A DNA stretch of 64,000 nucleotides, taken from NCBI RefSeq assembly GCF_006345805.1, contig NC_043015.1:35278001-35342000 (forward strand), given 5' to 3'. Shown here piece by piece: positions 38,796 through 51,569 of the stretch. Both the position numbers and the translations under genes were made by a program. The DNA is from Octopus sinensis (lineage: Eukaryota). The notes under the pieces are model-generated. The model saw only the letters and a list, made by a program, of their open reading frames with translations, searched no databases and was not told where the DNA came from. The stretch's first letter is position 1; every line of letters starts with the position of its first letter.

Positions 38796-39020
38796 ACTGG
38801 CAGAAATGTTAGCAGGCCGGTCAAAATGCTTGTTGGTATTTCATCTGTCTTTATGTTCTGAGTTCAAATTCCACCAAGGTCAACTTTACCCTTCATCCTT
38901 TCGGGGTTGATTAAACAAGTACCAGTTACGTACTGGGGTCGATGTAATCGACTTAATCCCTTTGTCCTTATTCGTCCCCTCAATGTTTAGCCCCTGTGGG
39001 CAATAAAGAAATAAAATAAA
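38796..39020 (+). mobile_element. tRNA-derived SINE with a V/Meta-like central domain and AGCCCCTGTGGG tail
   Basis: A box TGGCAGAAATGTTAGC, B box GAGTTCAAATTCC, core GGTCAACTTTACCCTTCATCCTTTCGGGGTTGATTAAACAAGTACCAG, tail GTCCCCTCAATGTTTAGCCCCTGTGGGCAATAAAGAAATAA. Confidence 0.8.
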
Positions 39021-39769
39021 TCCAGTATCTTCTATATTGTGAAATAGAGTAAATCACCACAATAATTTTTCAAACAATTTTATCTTTTAGTCAGGAAGGG
39101 CAGTGCCCATGATTCTGTCTTTTTAGGGCCTCTGAGCCTTATGATACAGAGAGAAATGAAAGGAAGAAGGAATCCTGAAATTAGAGACCGAGTCTCAATA
39201 CCTACAATAGATCACCTCCGCTAAAGGCACCCGGGACAAATACCAGGAGGCATTTCTTCCGACACTAACACTTCTGCCAGTCAGATATTTTATCAGCTCA
39301 AGAAGAATGAAAGGTAAAGTTAATCTCAGCAGGATTTGAATTTAAACCATGAGGTGTTGGAATAAACCCACAAAGTACTTCATTCAATATCATCGACTCT
39401 GCAACGTTTTAGCCTTAGCTGTTGACTATTAACACCAACTGGAATGGTTAAAAATGCTGTTAATATTTATATTGGTATCACTTTTTACCCAGTGTACAAA
39501 TATATATATATGTTAAACTGCTTTTTGTCTCTCATATAAAGTTAATAAGCCATAAAATTATATATATATAAACAGGTCATCTCAGACATTTAGAGTAAAA
39601 TATTGTTCAGTCTTTTAAGAGAACACTCAAGATTAGCAAAATGGTGACGATTCCCAGGGAGATAAAACAGTTTTTATTATAGTTCCTTCATTCTGTGGGT
39701 GGTGGCAGCTGCATTTTTTATTTTGTTTTATAATGAATATATAACCAAATTATATAATCAGTATTATGT

Positions 39770-39968
39770 CTGTGTTTATCCCCCATCTCTACTTGAAAAC
39801 AAGTGTTGGTTTGTTTACATCCCTGTAACTTAATGGTTAGGCAAAATTAGGCTGATAGAATAAGTGCCAGGTTTAACAAAGAAAATAAATACTGGAATCA
39901 AGCAGTTCAGCTAAACACAAGACAGTGCCCCAATATGGCTGCCGTCCAATGATTGAAACAAGTAAAAA
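39770..39968 (+). mobile_element. SINE 3' half with a CR1-type tail
   Basis: Ends AGTGCCCCAATATGGCTGCCGTCCAATGATTGAAACAAGTAAAAA, similar to the 3' ends of the CR1 copies in this window. Confidence 0.55.
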
Positions 39969-40128
39969 ATATCTTCCAAAAAAAAGCTTCAGCTGAAATA
40001 TCAATCACAATTTAATTTCATAAGACATCAAGATACACTTTTGGGACTTGAAGTAAATGCTAAAGTTTCCCTGTATTTCATCTCTCTATATATATATCTT
40101 ATCATATTTATAAATATAACTGACCTAC

Positions 40129-40284
40129 CTGGGTTATGGGTAATTTAAACAAGCGTTCTCTGTTGTTGTAAACCTGTGCTAATTGCTGAGCATCTTTCAT
40201 CTGTTTACTAATACGACGTGCTTCATTAGCAATTTCATGAGCTTTGTTAACATCTGTGTAAGATTGCATTGAAGCTGCCATCAT
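40129..40284 (-). CDS. DNAH1: Dynein heavy chain exon, 156 nt
   Basis: Acceptor ttgtatttcag| and donor CAG|gtaggt. Reads MMAASMQSYTDVNKAHEIANEARRISKQMKDAQQLAQVYNNRERLFKLPITQ, similar to DNAH1 AHEIANEVRRVKKQLKDCQQLAMLYNNRERIFSLPITN. Confidence 0.92.
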
Positions 40285-40329
40285 CTGAAATACAAACAAA
40301 TATTTTCAGAAACGCATTTGCTACAATTT

Positions 40330-41965
40330 CCATTTTTCTGCATTGCCAACCAGATAAGGGAGCAGAGGATTTTGTCAAAAGCTTTCTTCATGTCAACAAA
40401 ATACAGAAACAGGGGCTTATTTTGGCCAAGTATTTCTCCTGAAGTTGCTTCACCAAGAAGATAGCATCAATGGTGCTTCTCCTTGACACAAATCAAAACT
40501 GTATCTCATCTTTGCTAACTCTCTTCCTAGTTAATTGAGCTATAACCCTTTCTGCAACTTCCATCACATGGTCCAGTAATTTGATGCCTCCTTGATAATT
40601 TTTTCTGTCTCAGGCATCACCTTTACCTTTGTAGCAGCTGATTATAATACTACTATACTGCACATTGGATGTGACTCCCTCATGGACAACCTGATTAACA
40701 ATATGGGTGACCAGATCATATCCCATTCCACCAGAGATTTTAAGCATCACAGCAGTGATTGCTGATGGGCTGGAGGCTTTCCTGGTCTTTATATTCTTAA
40801 TTGCTTTATCTACTAAGCTACTGTTGATTCGAATAGCCTGCCTCTCTGTTGGGTTCACATTAGACAGGTTCTCCCAATCCTATGCATTCTCCATATTTAG
40901 AAGCCTTTCATAGTAGCACTTCCAAGCCTCCTTCTTTGCAGAATCACTAACTGCAAGTGAGCCATCATCCATGCAAACACATTTCTCTCCTACCACAATA
41001 CAATTTTCTCTGATATACCATCTTGTAATTAGAAACACTTCACACCTCTGGTCCTCGTGATGCAGAACATCGGCAAATTTTCTCATTTCTGCTTCTTCCC
41101 TGGCTAAGAGCATACCTGTCTTCTCATTTCCCTTCTAGCTACCTGATATAGTTCTCTGCTACCACCTGCTTCCAGTCCTTCCAGGCCAATGGCCTTGTTT
41201 ACAGCAATGTTCTACCACCACATCACTCTAGGTCTAGTAGGGACTTTCTGCAGATTTGGTCTGTGATTCTCAACAAGTTGTCCCACAGGAATTTCCAGTT
41301 ATCCTCTCTGTTACAAGTCTGTAGTTCATCCTTTTCTCATCAAATTTTTCAATTAGGGTCTCCATAAATCTCTGACCATATATAGGATCTTTAAGCTGCC
41401 AACCTTCTTTTCCAGATTGGCCTGCTTCTTGGCATCCTTCTGGCCTGAAGTCTAGTCATTAATGACTAGTCTATGCTAGGGGGTATATTTATAACCAAGG
41501 AAGGTCTTTGCATTTATGAGTAACCATATATCTCACAATCTGGCTACTGTGGTCACCCAAATGATAGGTTACCAGGTAACTGGCTGGCTTTCTGAATTTG
41601 GTATTGCATATCATTAGATTATTTGCATCACAAAACACCAGTAACCTTGATCCCTCTTTATTCCATGACTCCCATGTACACTATGGAAGATACCTGCCCA
41701 ACATGTTCATTGAAATCACCAACCATGAAGATGAGGTCATTGTCATTTGTCTTTGAGATAGCCTGTAGAAGAATATCATAAAAGCAGATCTTTTGTTCAT
41801 TGAGCAGACCCATCTGGGAGGTACAAGCAGAAATAACTGTTGCTGTACTATGCTGCAGAACTAGCCTGAGCTTAAGTGTTCAATCACACAGTCTGACTAC
41901 CTCTATGACCTTATCGACCTATTTCTCTGCAAGAAGTATGCTCACACCACGTACCCTGTCACTAG
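40330..41965 (-). mobile_element. Degraded RTE LINE fragment (EN to start of RT)
   Basis: LISMNMLG/GDFN-like, RLLVFCDAN.LMICNT.FRKP, KEAWKCYYERLLN, CYKGKGDA. Confidence 0.8.
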
Positions 41966-42744
41966 ATATATATCAAACAAAATACCAACAGACACAACTA
42001 TAAGGGTAATCACAAATTAACAGTTTACAAAAGCTGTCCCTTCAGCCTTACTCCCATTTAGGACTAATCAATTATTGACAATTGAAAAATGTGTTTGTTG
42101 TGATATGATACTCAATCGCAGCAAGTGTTTTGACCCTGCTCAACGAATATGCCTTTAGTAAGTACTAGTACAGATAAATAGTAAAATCTCAGTATTTGTA
42201 GACATGGTGACCTTCGAGCAAAAACTAACAGGATTTGTTCCTCAATATTCAAGTTTACTTTGTCTGCATGCAGACCAAAGAGGCCATTAAATGAAACAGA
42301 AGTTTTGTGTAGCAAGAATTTTTTTTATTAAACTTTTTTCGTTTTCTTTTGAAGATAGTGCTTTTGGTTTTCCCAACAACATATTTGGCACTAAATCAAA
42401 TGGAAGTTTATGATCCCCTGAAATAAATTTTTTTTCATTTGTTTAAAGCAACACAATTTAGTTTTACATAAATTATTTCAATAATCACCATTGTAATGAT
42501 TAAGGAAACCTGAGGTCACAAAAGAGGAATATGATCTGGTGCTCTGAGATCTACTGAAAGATATGAACAATTTACCACCAAATAATGATCATAGGAGTAT
42601 TTTACCAATTATATTCTAATAAACCACTAAACAATCCATTTAACAATAAACTCAACAACCATTTAACATAAATAAACTTACAATTAATCAAATAATCAAC
42701 TAATTAATGACCATAAATGAAAAGAAACAAAATGTTGAACTTAC

Positions 42745-42886
42745 AGCCAAGGAATCCAGCTTTTCATTGAATGCTGCTTGATCCAGAAGCTGGAGTTTAC
42801 GAAACCTCTCTTCATCAGCTTCATGGTTTAGCAAAATTGTCTCAGTTTGTTTCTCAATTTTCAGAGGCCATCCAATCATGGCCCAC
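42745..42886 (-). CDS. DNAH1: Dynein heavy chain exon, 142 nt
   Basis: Acceptor ttgtttgtag| and donor GCT|gtaagt. Reads WAMIGWPLKIEKQTETILLNHEADEERFRKLQLLDQAAFNEKLDSLA. Confidence 0.9.
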
Positions 42887-42995
42887 CTACAAACAATAAC
42901 AAAAGCCTTGGATTAGTAAGTAAACATGAAACATAGGGGTTTTAGAATACATTTTCTATCTTTGTGCTGGAATACATACAGGTTTGTGGTGCAGT

Positions 42996-44185
42996 TACAA
43001 AGAGGTGCTGAAAAGGGTATTGCAAAAGGGTAGAGCTGTTACCTTTTATAGGTGAAGTAGGGCACTATTTAGAAGATATGCAAAAAATCATGATGGCATA
43101 CAATATATTTTTCTCTTTTTTGCACATTTAATGCCTGATGACATCTTCTACATTGGACTTTGGTAAAATTGAAGCATGGATGATCAAGATGTTCCTCTTT
43201 TTGTAATGCAAAAGTGTAACAGAAATCCATGGCGAGATGAAGGATGGCTGCCTGTTAAGGTTTCAAACTGGTTATTTCAAGGTTACAGATGAACCCCAGT
43301 CAGGCGAGTCAACTTCCATGACCACAGAGGACAAAGCCGACACTATGCATCTCATTATTCTTGAGGACTGCCAGATTTCAGCTGAAGTTATAGCTGAGAC
43401 TCAGGGCATCATCTACAATATTCTGGACATGAGAAAACTTTCTGCAAAATGGATACCAAAATTCCTGAACACGGATCAGAAGCACACCAGGTGACATCAA
43501 AGGCAATTCTGGACCTGTTTGCAGTAGGAGAGGCAGATTTTGTGGTTCCTTTAGTCAGTGTGGATGAAACTTGGCTTCATTATGATCCTCAGACTAAGCA
43601 GCAACCAATGGAGTGGTGCCACAGTAGTTCACAGAAATCAGCTGGAAAGGTTCAGCCTTCAGCGTTCTAGGACAAAAACAGAGTACTTCTCATAAAATAC
43701 CTGCTAAAGGGTTGCAGCCTCAACACAGAATACAATATGTCTGTGTTGGACAAACTTCATGAAGTTTTGTAGCACAAACACTGTGGAAAACTGAAGCAAT
43801 GTGTCCTATATTTTTGCAGGACACTGCACCGGTTCATGAAACTTTATGGAAACTACACAACTGTGGCTTCAAATTGGTAAACAATCCACCTTTCTCTCCT
43901 GACCATGACCCCCCCCCCCCCACTAACTATCACCTCTTTCCACAACTGAAGAAATATCACAAGGGAATGAGATTTCACTCTGATTCAGGGGTGATTGCTG
44001 CTACAGAGGCCTGGTTGGAGGCCCATCCTTCCAAGATTTTTTTACAGGGCCTAAAAAAACTGAAGAACTGCTGCAATAAGTGTGTGAATCTGAGAAAGGA
44101 ATATGTTGAATAAAATCATGATTAACTGATCTTCCTGTATTTTCTTTTATCCAAAGCAAGAAACTTTTCACCCCACCCCCTCATA
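42996..44185 (+). mobile_element. Mariner transposon (irritans-like), degraded
   Basis: MRKLSAKWIPKFL, VSVDETWLHYDP, LQDTAPVH, PPFSPD, YHLFPQLKK. Degenerate TIRs TACAAAGAGGTGCTGAAAAG and CTTTTCACCCCACCCCCTCATA. Confidence 0.8.
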
Positions 44186-44558
44186 TAACAAGCAACTTCA
44201 ACAAAATGGTTGATAAACTAAATTGTCATCCTCAGTAATGGAATCAGTGGGGCAAATATTTTAAAAGAAGTCTTTTCATACTGGCATGGGTTAAAAGAGT
44301 TGTAATATATTATATCTTCACTTACCATCCTAGGTGTTGTTATATGTTGGGGATAACAACATTCTTACACATGAGGAACCTATTTTCTTAAATTCTTTTT
44401 TATTCTCTATTTTGCCACATGATATTACTAAAAAGTCACCAAGTATGAACGCATCAGCAGCCAGTTCAGGACTATGGAGGAAGTTTGCCAGCTTTCATTT
44501 GCTCTGAAAGTGTCTGTCCCAGGTTCTGGAAACCATAAGGCAATATGTCCCATATAAG

Positions 44559-44768
44559 AAGGTAGCGAGCTGGCAGAAATGTTAGCATGCCAGGTGAAAT
44601 GCTTAGCAGTATGTCATCTGTCTTTGTGTTCTGAGTTCAATTTCCGCCAAGGTCAACTTTGCCTTTCATCCTTTCGGGGTCGATAAATTAAGTACCAGAT
44701 GCGTTCTGAGGTTGATCTTTGGCCCCCTCCCCAAAAATTTTATGCTTTGTGCCTAGAGTAGAAAAGTA
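44559..44768 (+). mobile_element. tRNA-derived SINE with the same head and core as 38796-39020 but a different tail
   Basis: AAGGTAGCGAGCTGGCAGAAATGTTAGC...GAGTTCAATTTCC...GGTCAACTTTGCCTTTCATCCTTTCGGGGTCGATAAATTAAGTACCAG...GGCCCCCTCCCC. Confidence 0.8.
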
Positions 44769-45113
44769 TATGGCTCATATAAGAGCAGTGTCTTAAACTC
44801 TAAATTTCTTCGTATCAATGCTGATAGAAACAGTCACCAAACTCAATCATATTGACTTCATCAGCATTGGAGGCTTTGCAAAGCTTATTAAGGCATCTTT
44901 TTTTCTTGACTAAAGAACATTTGTGATCATTTTGTTTCCAAATAATTATTTGCTGCTAATCGTTAATTTCAATTGTAATATTGAATCAACGTTAAAATTA
45001 TAGACTTTTATAATACCAAATGTTACGGTTCCAAAAAGAATATACATAACCGTATTTTAGATGTTTCTTCAAATTTCAGCAAAAATAGAAGTAAAAGAGA
45101 AACCCACACTTAC

Positions 45114-45196
45114 AAATTATTGAAGTCATCAATGCTAAGATTATAGAAAAAGTTCTCCAACAATCCATAGTCCACAACTATTTTATCAATTTGTTC
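45114..45196 (-). CDS. DNAH1: Dynein heavy chain exon, 83 nt
   Basis: Acceptor tttcttacag| and donor TT|gtaagt. Reads EQIDKIVVDYGLLENFFYNLSIDDFNN, similar to DNAH1 ERIVKVMDDYQVMDEFLYNLSSDDFND. Confidence 0.88.
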
Positions 45197-45699
45197 CTGT
45201 AAGAAATAAAGATTAAAGCAATACTTCTATGCTCTGAGACAAAAATTAATCTAATACTTTAGAAGAACATTTTTCAGAGAAAACTTTTCAATATTTCTTC
45301 CACAAAATCATTTCCTGACATATAATTCACTTCCCTTACCATCACACAAACTTATTTCATTTTAAATTTATCAAATCGAGACTAGCAAGAGTTTATATGG
45401 ATTGTTATATTTTACAATTTTGTATAGAGACAGATAAATGAGAAGATCAACATTTTATCTTAATCCCTGTATCTTTCAGCAACTTCATTCCTATTTAATT
45501 TTTTTTCATTTCATTTTCATTCATATACTCTGTGTTCATAACAAAACATTTTCTTCTTGTATATCCTCATACTGCTGCCCTAGAACCAAATTAATAATTT
45601 TCTTTTATACACACAACACGCATAAATGTATATATAAGCATATGTGCATGCATGTTTATATGTGTGTGTGTATATATACATATATATAGATATATACAA

Positions 45700-47015
45700 G
45701 CAACATCCGAACGTGGCCAATGCCAGCACCGCCCCGACTGGCTTCTGTGCCGGTGGCACATAAAAAGCACCAACCGATCGTGGGATCCTGGAACATCTCG
45801 CTGTGCTTGAGGAGACCTGTTGAGTCAAGTGCATGTACATGAACATCGAACCAAATATCAATGGAAACAGTAGTAGTTGTGATACCTGTGCCGGTGACAC
45901 ATAAAAAGCACCATCTGAACGTGGCCGTCGCCAGTGCAGCCTCCACTGGCTTCTGTGCCGGTGGCACATAAAAAGCACCATCCGAACGTAACCGATGCCA
46001 ACCCCGCCTCAAATGGGTTCTGTGCCGGTGGCACATAAAAAGCAACATCCGAACGTGGCCGATGCCAGACCCCTCTGGCACCTGTGCAGGTGGCACGTAA
46101 AAAGCACCCACTACACTCGCGGAGTGGTTGGCGTTAGGAAGGGCATCCAGCTGTAGAAACACTGCCAGATCAGACTGGAGTCTGGGGCAGCCCCTGGCTC
46201 CCCAGACCCCGGTCGAACCGTCCAACCCGTGCTAGCGCGGAAAACGGACGTTAAACGATGATGATGATGCATCAGAAAGCAGGGGTTAAGTGACCCATCC
46301 GTTCGTGTCCGCTGTCAGCCTCATCTGGCACCCGTGCCGGTGATACGTAAGAGCACCATTCGCTCGTGCCCGTTTGCCAGTTCTGCCTGGCCCCCATGTG
46401 GTGGCACGTAAAAGCACCATCCATTCGTGTTCGTTGCCAGCCTCGCCTGGCCCCCGTGCCGGTGACACGTAAAAGCACCGTCCGTTCGTGGCCGTTTGCC
46501 AGCTCTGTCTGGCAACCGTGTCGGTGGCACGTAAAAGCACCGTCCGTTCGTGGCCGTTTGCCAGCTCTGTCTGGCCCCATGTCAGTGGCACGTAAAAGCA
46601 CCATCCGTTTGTGTTCGTTGTCAGCCTCGGCTGGCCCCCGTGCCGGTGACACGTAAAAGCACCGTCCGTTTGTGGCCGTTTGCCAGCTCTGTCTGGCCCC
46701 GTGTCGGTGGCACGTAAAAGCACCATCCGTTCGTGTCCATTGCCAGCATCGCCTGGCCCCGTGCCGGTGACACGTAAAAGCACCATCCGTTCGTGGCCGT
46801 TCGCCAGCTCTGTCTGGCACCTGTGCAGGTGGCACGTAAAAAACACCCACTACACTCGCGGAGTGGTTGGTGTTTGGAAGGGCATCCAGCCGTAGAAACA
46901 CTGCCAGATCTGACTGGGCCTGACGAAGCCTTCCAGCTTCACAGACCCCAGTTGACCCGTCCAACCCATGCTAGCATGGAAAGCGGACGCTAAATGATGA
47001 TGATGATGATGATGA
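45700..47015 (+). mobile_element. Two adjacent RTE 3'-UTR/SINE copies, each with a 60-mer tandem array and (GAT)n tail
   Basis: Arrays at about 45700-46100 and 46290-46835. Tails at about 46100-46268 and 46835-47015. Confidence 0.85.
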
Positions 47016-47054
47016 CATATATATATATACACATACATATATATATATATACAC

Positions 47055-50000
47055 AGTCTGATCTGGCAGTGTTTCTACAGCTGGATGCTCTTCCTAATGC
47101 CAACCACTCTGAGAGTGTAGTGGGTGCTTTTTATGTGCCACCTGGACAGGCGCCAGATGAGGCTGGCAAACGGCCACGATCGGATGGTGCTTTTTACGTG
47201 CCACCGGCATGGGGGGCCAGACGAGGCTGGAAGACAGCCACAATCGGATGGTGCTTTTTACGTGCCAATCATCATCATCATCATCATCATCATTTAGCGT
47301 CCGTTTTCCATGCTAGCATGGGTTGGACGGTTCAACTGGGGTCTGGGGAGCCGAAGGCTGCACCAGGCCAGTCAGATCTGGCAGTGTTTCTACAGCTGGA
47401 TGCCCTTCCTAACGCAAACCCTCCGAGAGTGTAGTGGGTGATTTTATGTGCCACCGACACAGGTGCCAGACGAGGCTGGCGAACGGCCACGCTCGGATGG
47501 TTTTTTATGTGCCACCGACACAGGTGCCAGACGAGGCTGGCAGACGGCCACGCTCGGATGGTTGTTTTTATGTGCCACCGACACAGGTGCCAGATGAGGC
47601 TGGCGGACGGCCACGATCGGATGGTGTTTGTTACGTCCCCAAAGCACGGAGGCCAGTCTATGCGGTACTGGCTACGGCCACGTTCGGATATGATTTTCTT
47701 GTGTGCCACCGGCACTGGTACCACAAAGATACAAATTCCATTGATGTTCATCTATTTTGATTTGTTTTGATTTGATTTTCACTTGCCTCAACAGGTCTTC
47801 ACAAGTGTCACAAGAAGGAAGGTATGCACAGGTGGACTGACTACGTCCCAGGTAGGGGCCACGGGTTATGGCCTGACTAGTCTTGCCGGGTCTTCGGATG
47901 GTGTTTTTATGTGCCACCGACACAGGTGCCAGATGAGGCTGGCGAACGGCCACGATCGGATGGTGTTTGTTACGTGCCCACAGCACGGAGGCCAGTCGAT
48001 GCGGTACTGGCTACGGCCACGTTCGGATGGTTTTCTTGTGTGCCACCGGCACTGGTACCACAAAGATACAAATTCCATTGATGTTCATCTATTTTGATTT
48101 GATTTGATTTGATTTTCACTTGCCTCAACAGGTCTTCACAAGTGTCACAGGAAGGAAGGAAGGTATGCACAGGTGGACTGACTACGTCCCAAGTAGGGGC
48201 CACGGGTTATGGCCTGACTAGTCTTGCCGGGTCTTCGGTTGGTGTTTTTATGTGCACCGACACAGGTGCCAGATGAGGCTGGCGAACGGCCACGATCGGA
48301 TGGTGTTTGTTATGTGCCCACGTCACAGAGGCCAGTCGATGCGGTACTGGCTACGGCCACGTTCGGATGGTTTTCTTGTGTGCCAACGGTACTGGTACCA
48401 CAAAGATACAAATTCCATTGATGTTCATCTATTTTGATTTGGTTTGATTTGATTTGATTTGATTTGATTTTCACTTGCCTCAACAGGTCTACACAAGTGT
48501 CACACACTTGCCTCAACAGGTCTTCACAAGTGTCATAAGTAGGTGTCACACACTTGCCTCAACAGGTCTTCACAAGTGTCATAAGTAGGAAGGTATGCAC
48601 AGGTGGACTGACTACGTCGCCGGGTCTTCGGATGGTGTTTTTATGTGTGCGGTACTGGCTACGGCCACGTTCGGATGGTTTTCTTGTGTGCCAACGGTAC
48701 TGGTACCACAAAGATACAAATTCCATTGATGTTCATCTATTTTGATTTGGTTTGATTTTCACTTGCCTCAACAGGTCTTCACAAGTGTCACACACTTGCC
48801 TCTGCCTCAACAGGTCTTCACAAGTGTCACACACTTGCCTCAACAGGTCTTCACAAGTGTCATAAGAGGGAAGGTATGCACAGGTGGACTGACTACGTCG
48901 CCGGGTCTTCGGATGGTGTCTTTATGTGCCACCGACACAGGTGCCAGATGAGGCTGGCGAATGGCCACGATCGGATGGTGTTTGTTGTGCCCACAGCACG
49001 GAGGCCAGTCTATGCGGTACTGGCTACGGCCACGTTCGGATGGTTTTCTTGTGTGCCACCGGTACTGGAACCACAAAGATACAAATTCCATTGATGTTCA
49101 TCTATTTTGATTTGGTTTGATTTTGATTTTCACTTGCCTCAACAGGTCTATCCTCACGACGCAGGACATTGGCAAATTTTTCCTTATCTGCCTCCCCTCT
49201 GGCTAGATAGACCTGTCTCCTGGCTTCCCTTCTGGCAGACTGATATACTTCCCTGCTACCACTGTTCTTCCAGGCCTTCCAAGCCTGTTTCTTTTGTCTA
49301 ATAGCCCTGTCAACAATATTGTTCCACCACCACGTTATTTTGGGTCTTAAGGGGACTTTGCACCAGCCACAGATCTGGTCAGCGGCTTTCAGCAGGTTGT
49401 CCCTCAGAAGCGTCCAGTTGTCTTCTACCCCATGCGTAGCTATACTCCCTTCCATTTCGTCTAAGGCTTCAAATAACATATCTCTAAATCTCTGTCCATT
49501 CGCAGGGTCTTTAAGCTTCCAGACCCTTCTTCTCCATGTTGGTCGTCTTCTAGTCGCCCTCTTAGTCCTGATCCTAAAGTCACTAACTACCAGTCTATGT
49601 TGTGGGGTGCATTCTTCACCTGGGAAGGTTTTGGCATTTATAAGCAGCCATCTTTCCCTTTTTCTGGCAAGGATGTAGTCGATTTGGCTAGTATGCCGGC
49701 CGATCGGTAGGTGACCAGGTGGCTTGTCGGTTTCCTGAAGTTAGTGTTGCAAATCATAAGACTATTCGCATCGCAGAACTCCAGCAGCCTGGTTCCCTCC
49801 TCGTTGCGGGAACCATAACCGTAGCCTCCATGCACGCCATGGAAGCCCCCAGCACATCGTCCAACATGCCCATTGAAGTCACCAGCCACAAAGAGAAGGT
49901 CCCTGTCGTTCGTCAATGATGTGGTCTGCAGTAGGGTGTCATAGAAACAGTCTTTCTGTCCATCAGGTAGCCCTGGCTGAGGGGCATAGGCCGATATAAT

Positions 50001-50160
50001 AGTTGCTAAACTATGATGGAGCACTAATCTAATCTTAATTATTCTGTCACTTACTCTGACTACCTCGATTACCTTATCTACCCATTTTTCGGCGATAAGC
50101 ATGCCCACACCCCCGACTCCGTCAGTATTCCCAGCCCAGAAAATCTTGTACCTCTGTCCT
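47055..50160 (-). mobile_element. Internally deleted RTE: endonuclease region joined directly to an amplified 3' UTR and tail, plus a second partial tail
   Basis: [37 protein letters not shown] at 50160-49150. Junction KFANVLRRED|AGACCTGTTGAGG. Repeated 3'-UTR modules at 47440-49140 and tails at 47270-47435 and 47055-47265. Confidence 0.8.
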
Positions 50161-50470
50161 TTATACATATGTATATATGTATATATATGTATATCTATAT
50201 ATACATAAATATGTATATATGTATATATATGTATATCTATATATACATAAATATGTATATATACATATACATGTATATCCATATATACATAAATATGTAT
50301 ATATACATATACATGTATATCTATATATAGATAAATATGTATATATACATATACATGCATATATATATATAGATAAACATGTATATATACATATACACGT
50401 ATTATATATATAGATAAATATGTATATATACATATACATGTATATATATATATATATATATATGTATGCA
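50161..50470. repeat. TA-rich minisatellite/microsatellite
   Basis: Direct reading of the sequence. Confidence 0.9.
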
Positions 50471-51446
50471 TAACCTTCAGGAGGCCATTTGTCCTAAACC
50501 ATTTAGACTATTGCTCTGCAACAAAACTACACGAAGCTACATATGACTCTACACAACTATACTGTTCACTGTTTAATATTTACTCCTAAATATTTCCTTG
50601 TTCCATGAATATCATCATTATTCTTGTCCCATGTGTACTGAGTTTAAACCCAGCCTATTATCCTTCTAAAGTTGTTAAATACAGGGGTTATTTTAACTAA
50701 CTTTAGATTCCTTCAGAAACTTTTTTCTGTTTACTATTTATAAGTTATGAATAAAATTTCTTAGCTATCTTATGATAACATTAACAGTTATTTTGTTTAC
50801 ATTTGTTTTGTTTTTAACTTAATTTCTCGAAGTATCCGGTATAGTATCCGATAAGTACAATAGTATCTACTTCTCAATACACATCAAGCTATCATACTTC
50901 AAATCATTGTTTTCATTTCCCTATTCATATTTTTCATCAAAGGAAGATTTTATTTATTTTAAACTTTCATTACATTTTTGAAAATCTGTTCATTTAAACA
51001 TAGCTCATATTGGGCATTCTTAATTCTACATGTGTCTGTGCCTGTGTGCATATACATACAGACACACATGTATATATACCTCACCTCTACCCCCACCCTT
51101 GCTTTCCCCATTCTCGCCTCCCCCACTTCCCAATACCATCACACCACTACACCACCATACCACACAACATCATATCACATCACACCATGCACACACTAGC
51201 ACTGACCACTTCCCAGCCCCACATCCTCAAACCTACACATACACACACGCACACATCAAGGTCACCAGCCCTTTTCCACATGCACACACGTACTCTCTTA
51301 TACACAAGCATGTGCACCTTTGTTTTGGGATCACCACTACTTTATTATCTCCCCTTCTCCCTAACTCTCCCGTGTGACCCTTCTGTCCGGCATTCGTCAT
51401 GATAGATTGCTAGCCACTACACATTCTTTATTTTCTCTCCTTGTTC

Positions 51447-51482
51447 CTTTCTGTGGAAGAGCGTAGGCTCAAAATGTTAAAG
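51447..51482 (+). ncRNA. Hammerhead-like motif (Penelope-type variant), mutated, within a probable PLE-derived repeat at about 50980-51540
   Basis: CTTT-CTGTGGA-A-GAGC-GTAG-GCTC-AAAA-TGTT-AAAG. Stem I CTTT/AAAG and stem II GAGC/GCTC. Confidence 0.55.
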
Positions 51483-51569
51483 ACTTTTTCACTTCCTGAG
51501 CATTAAACTAAAACATCTGTTTGTTGTCTACACCACAAATATCTATATCTATATATATATATACCAGTG

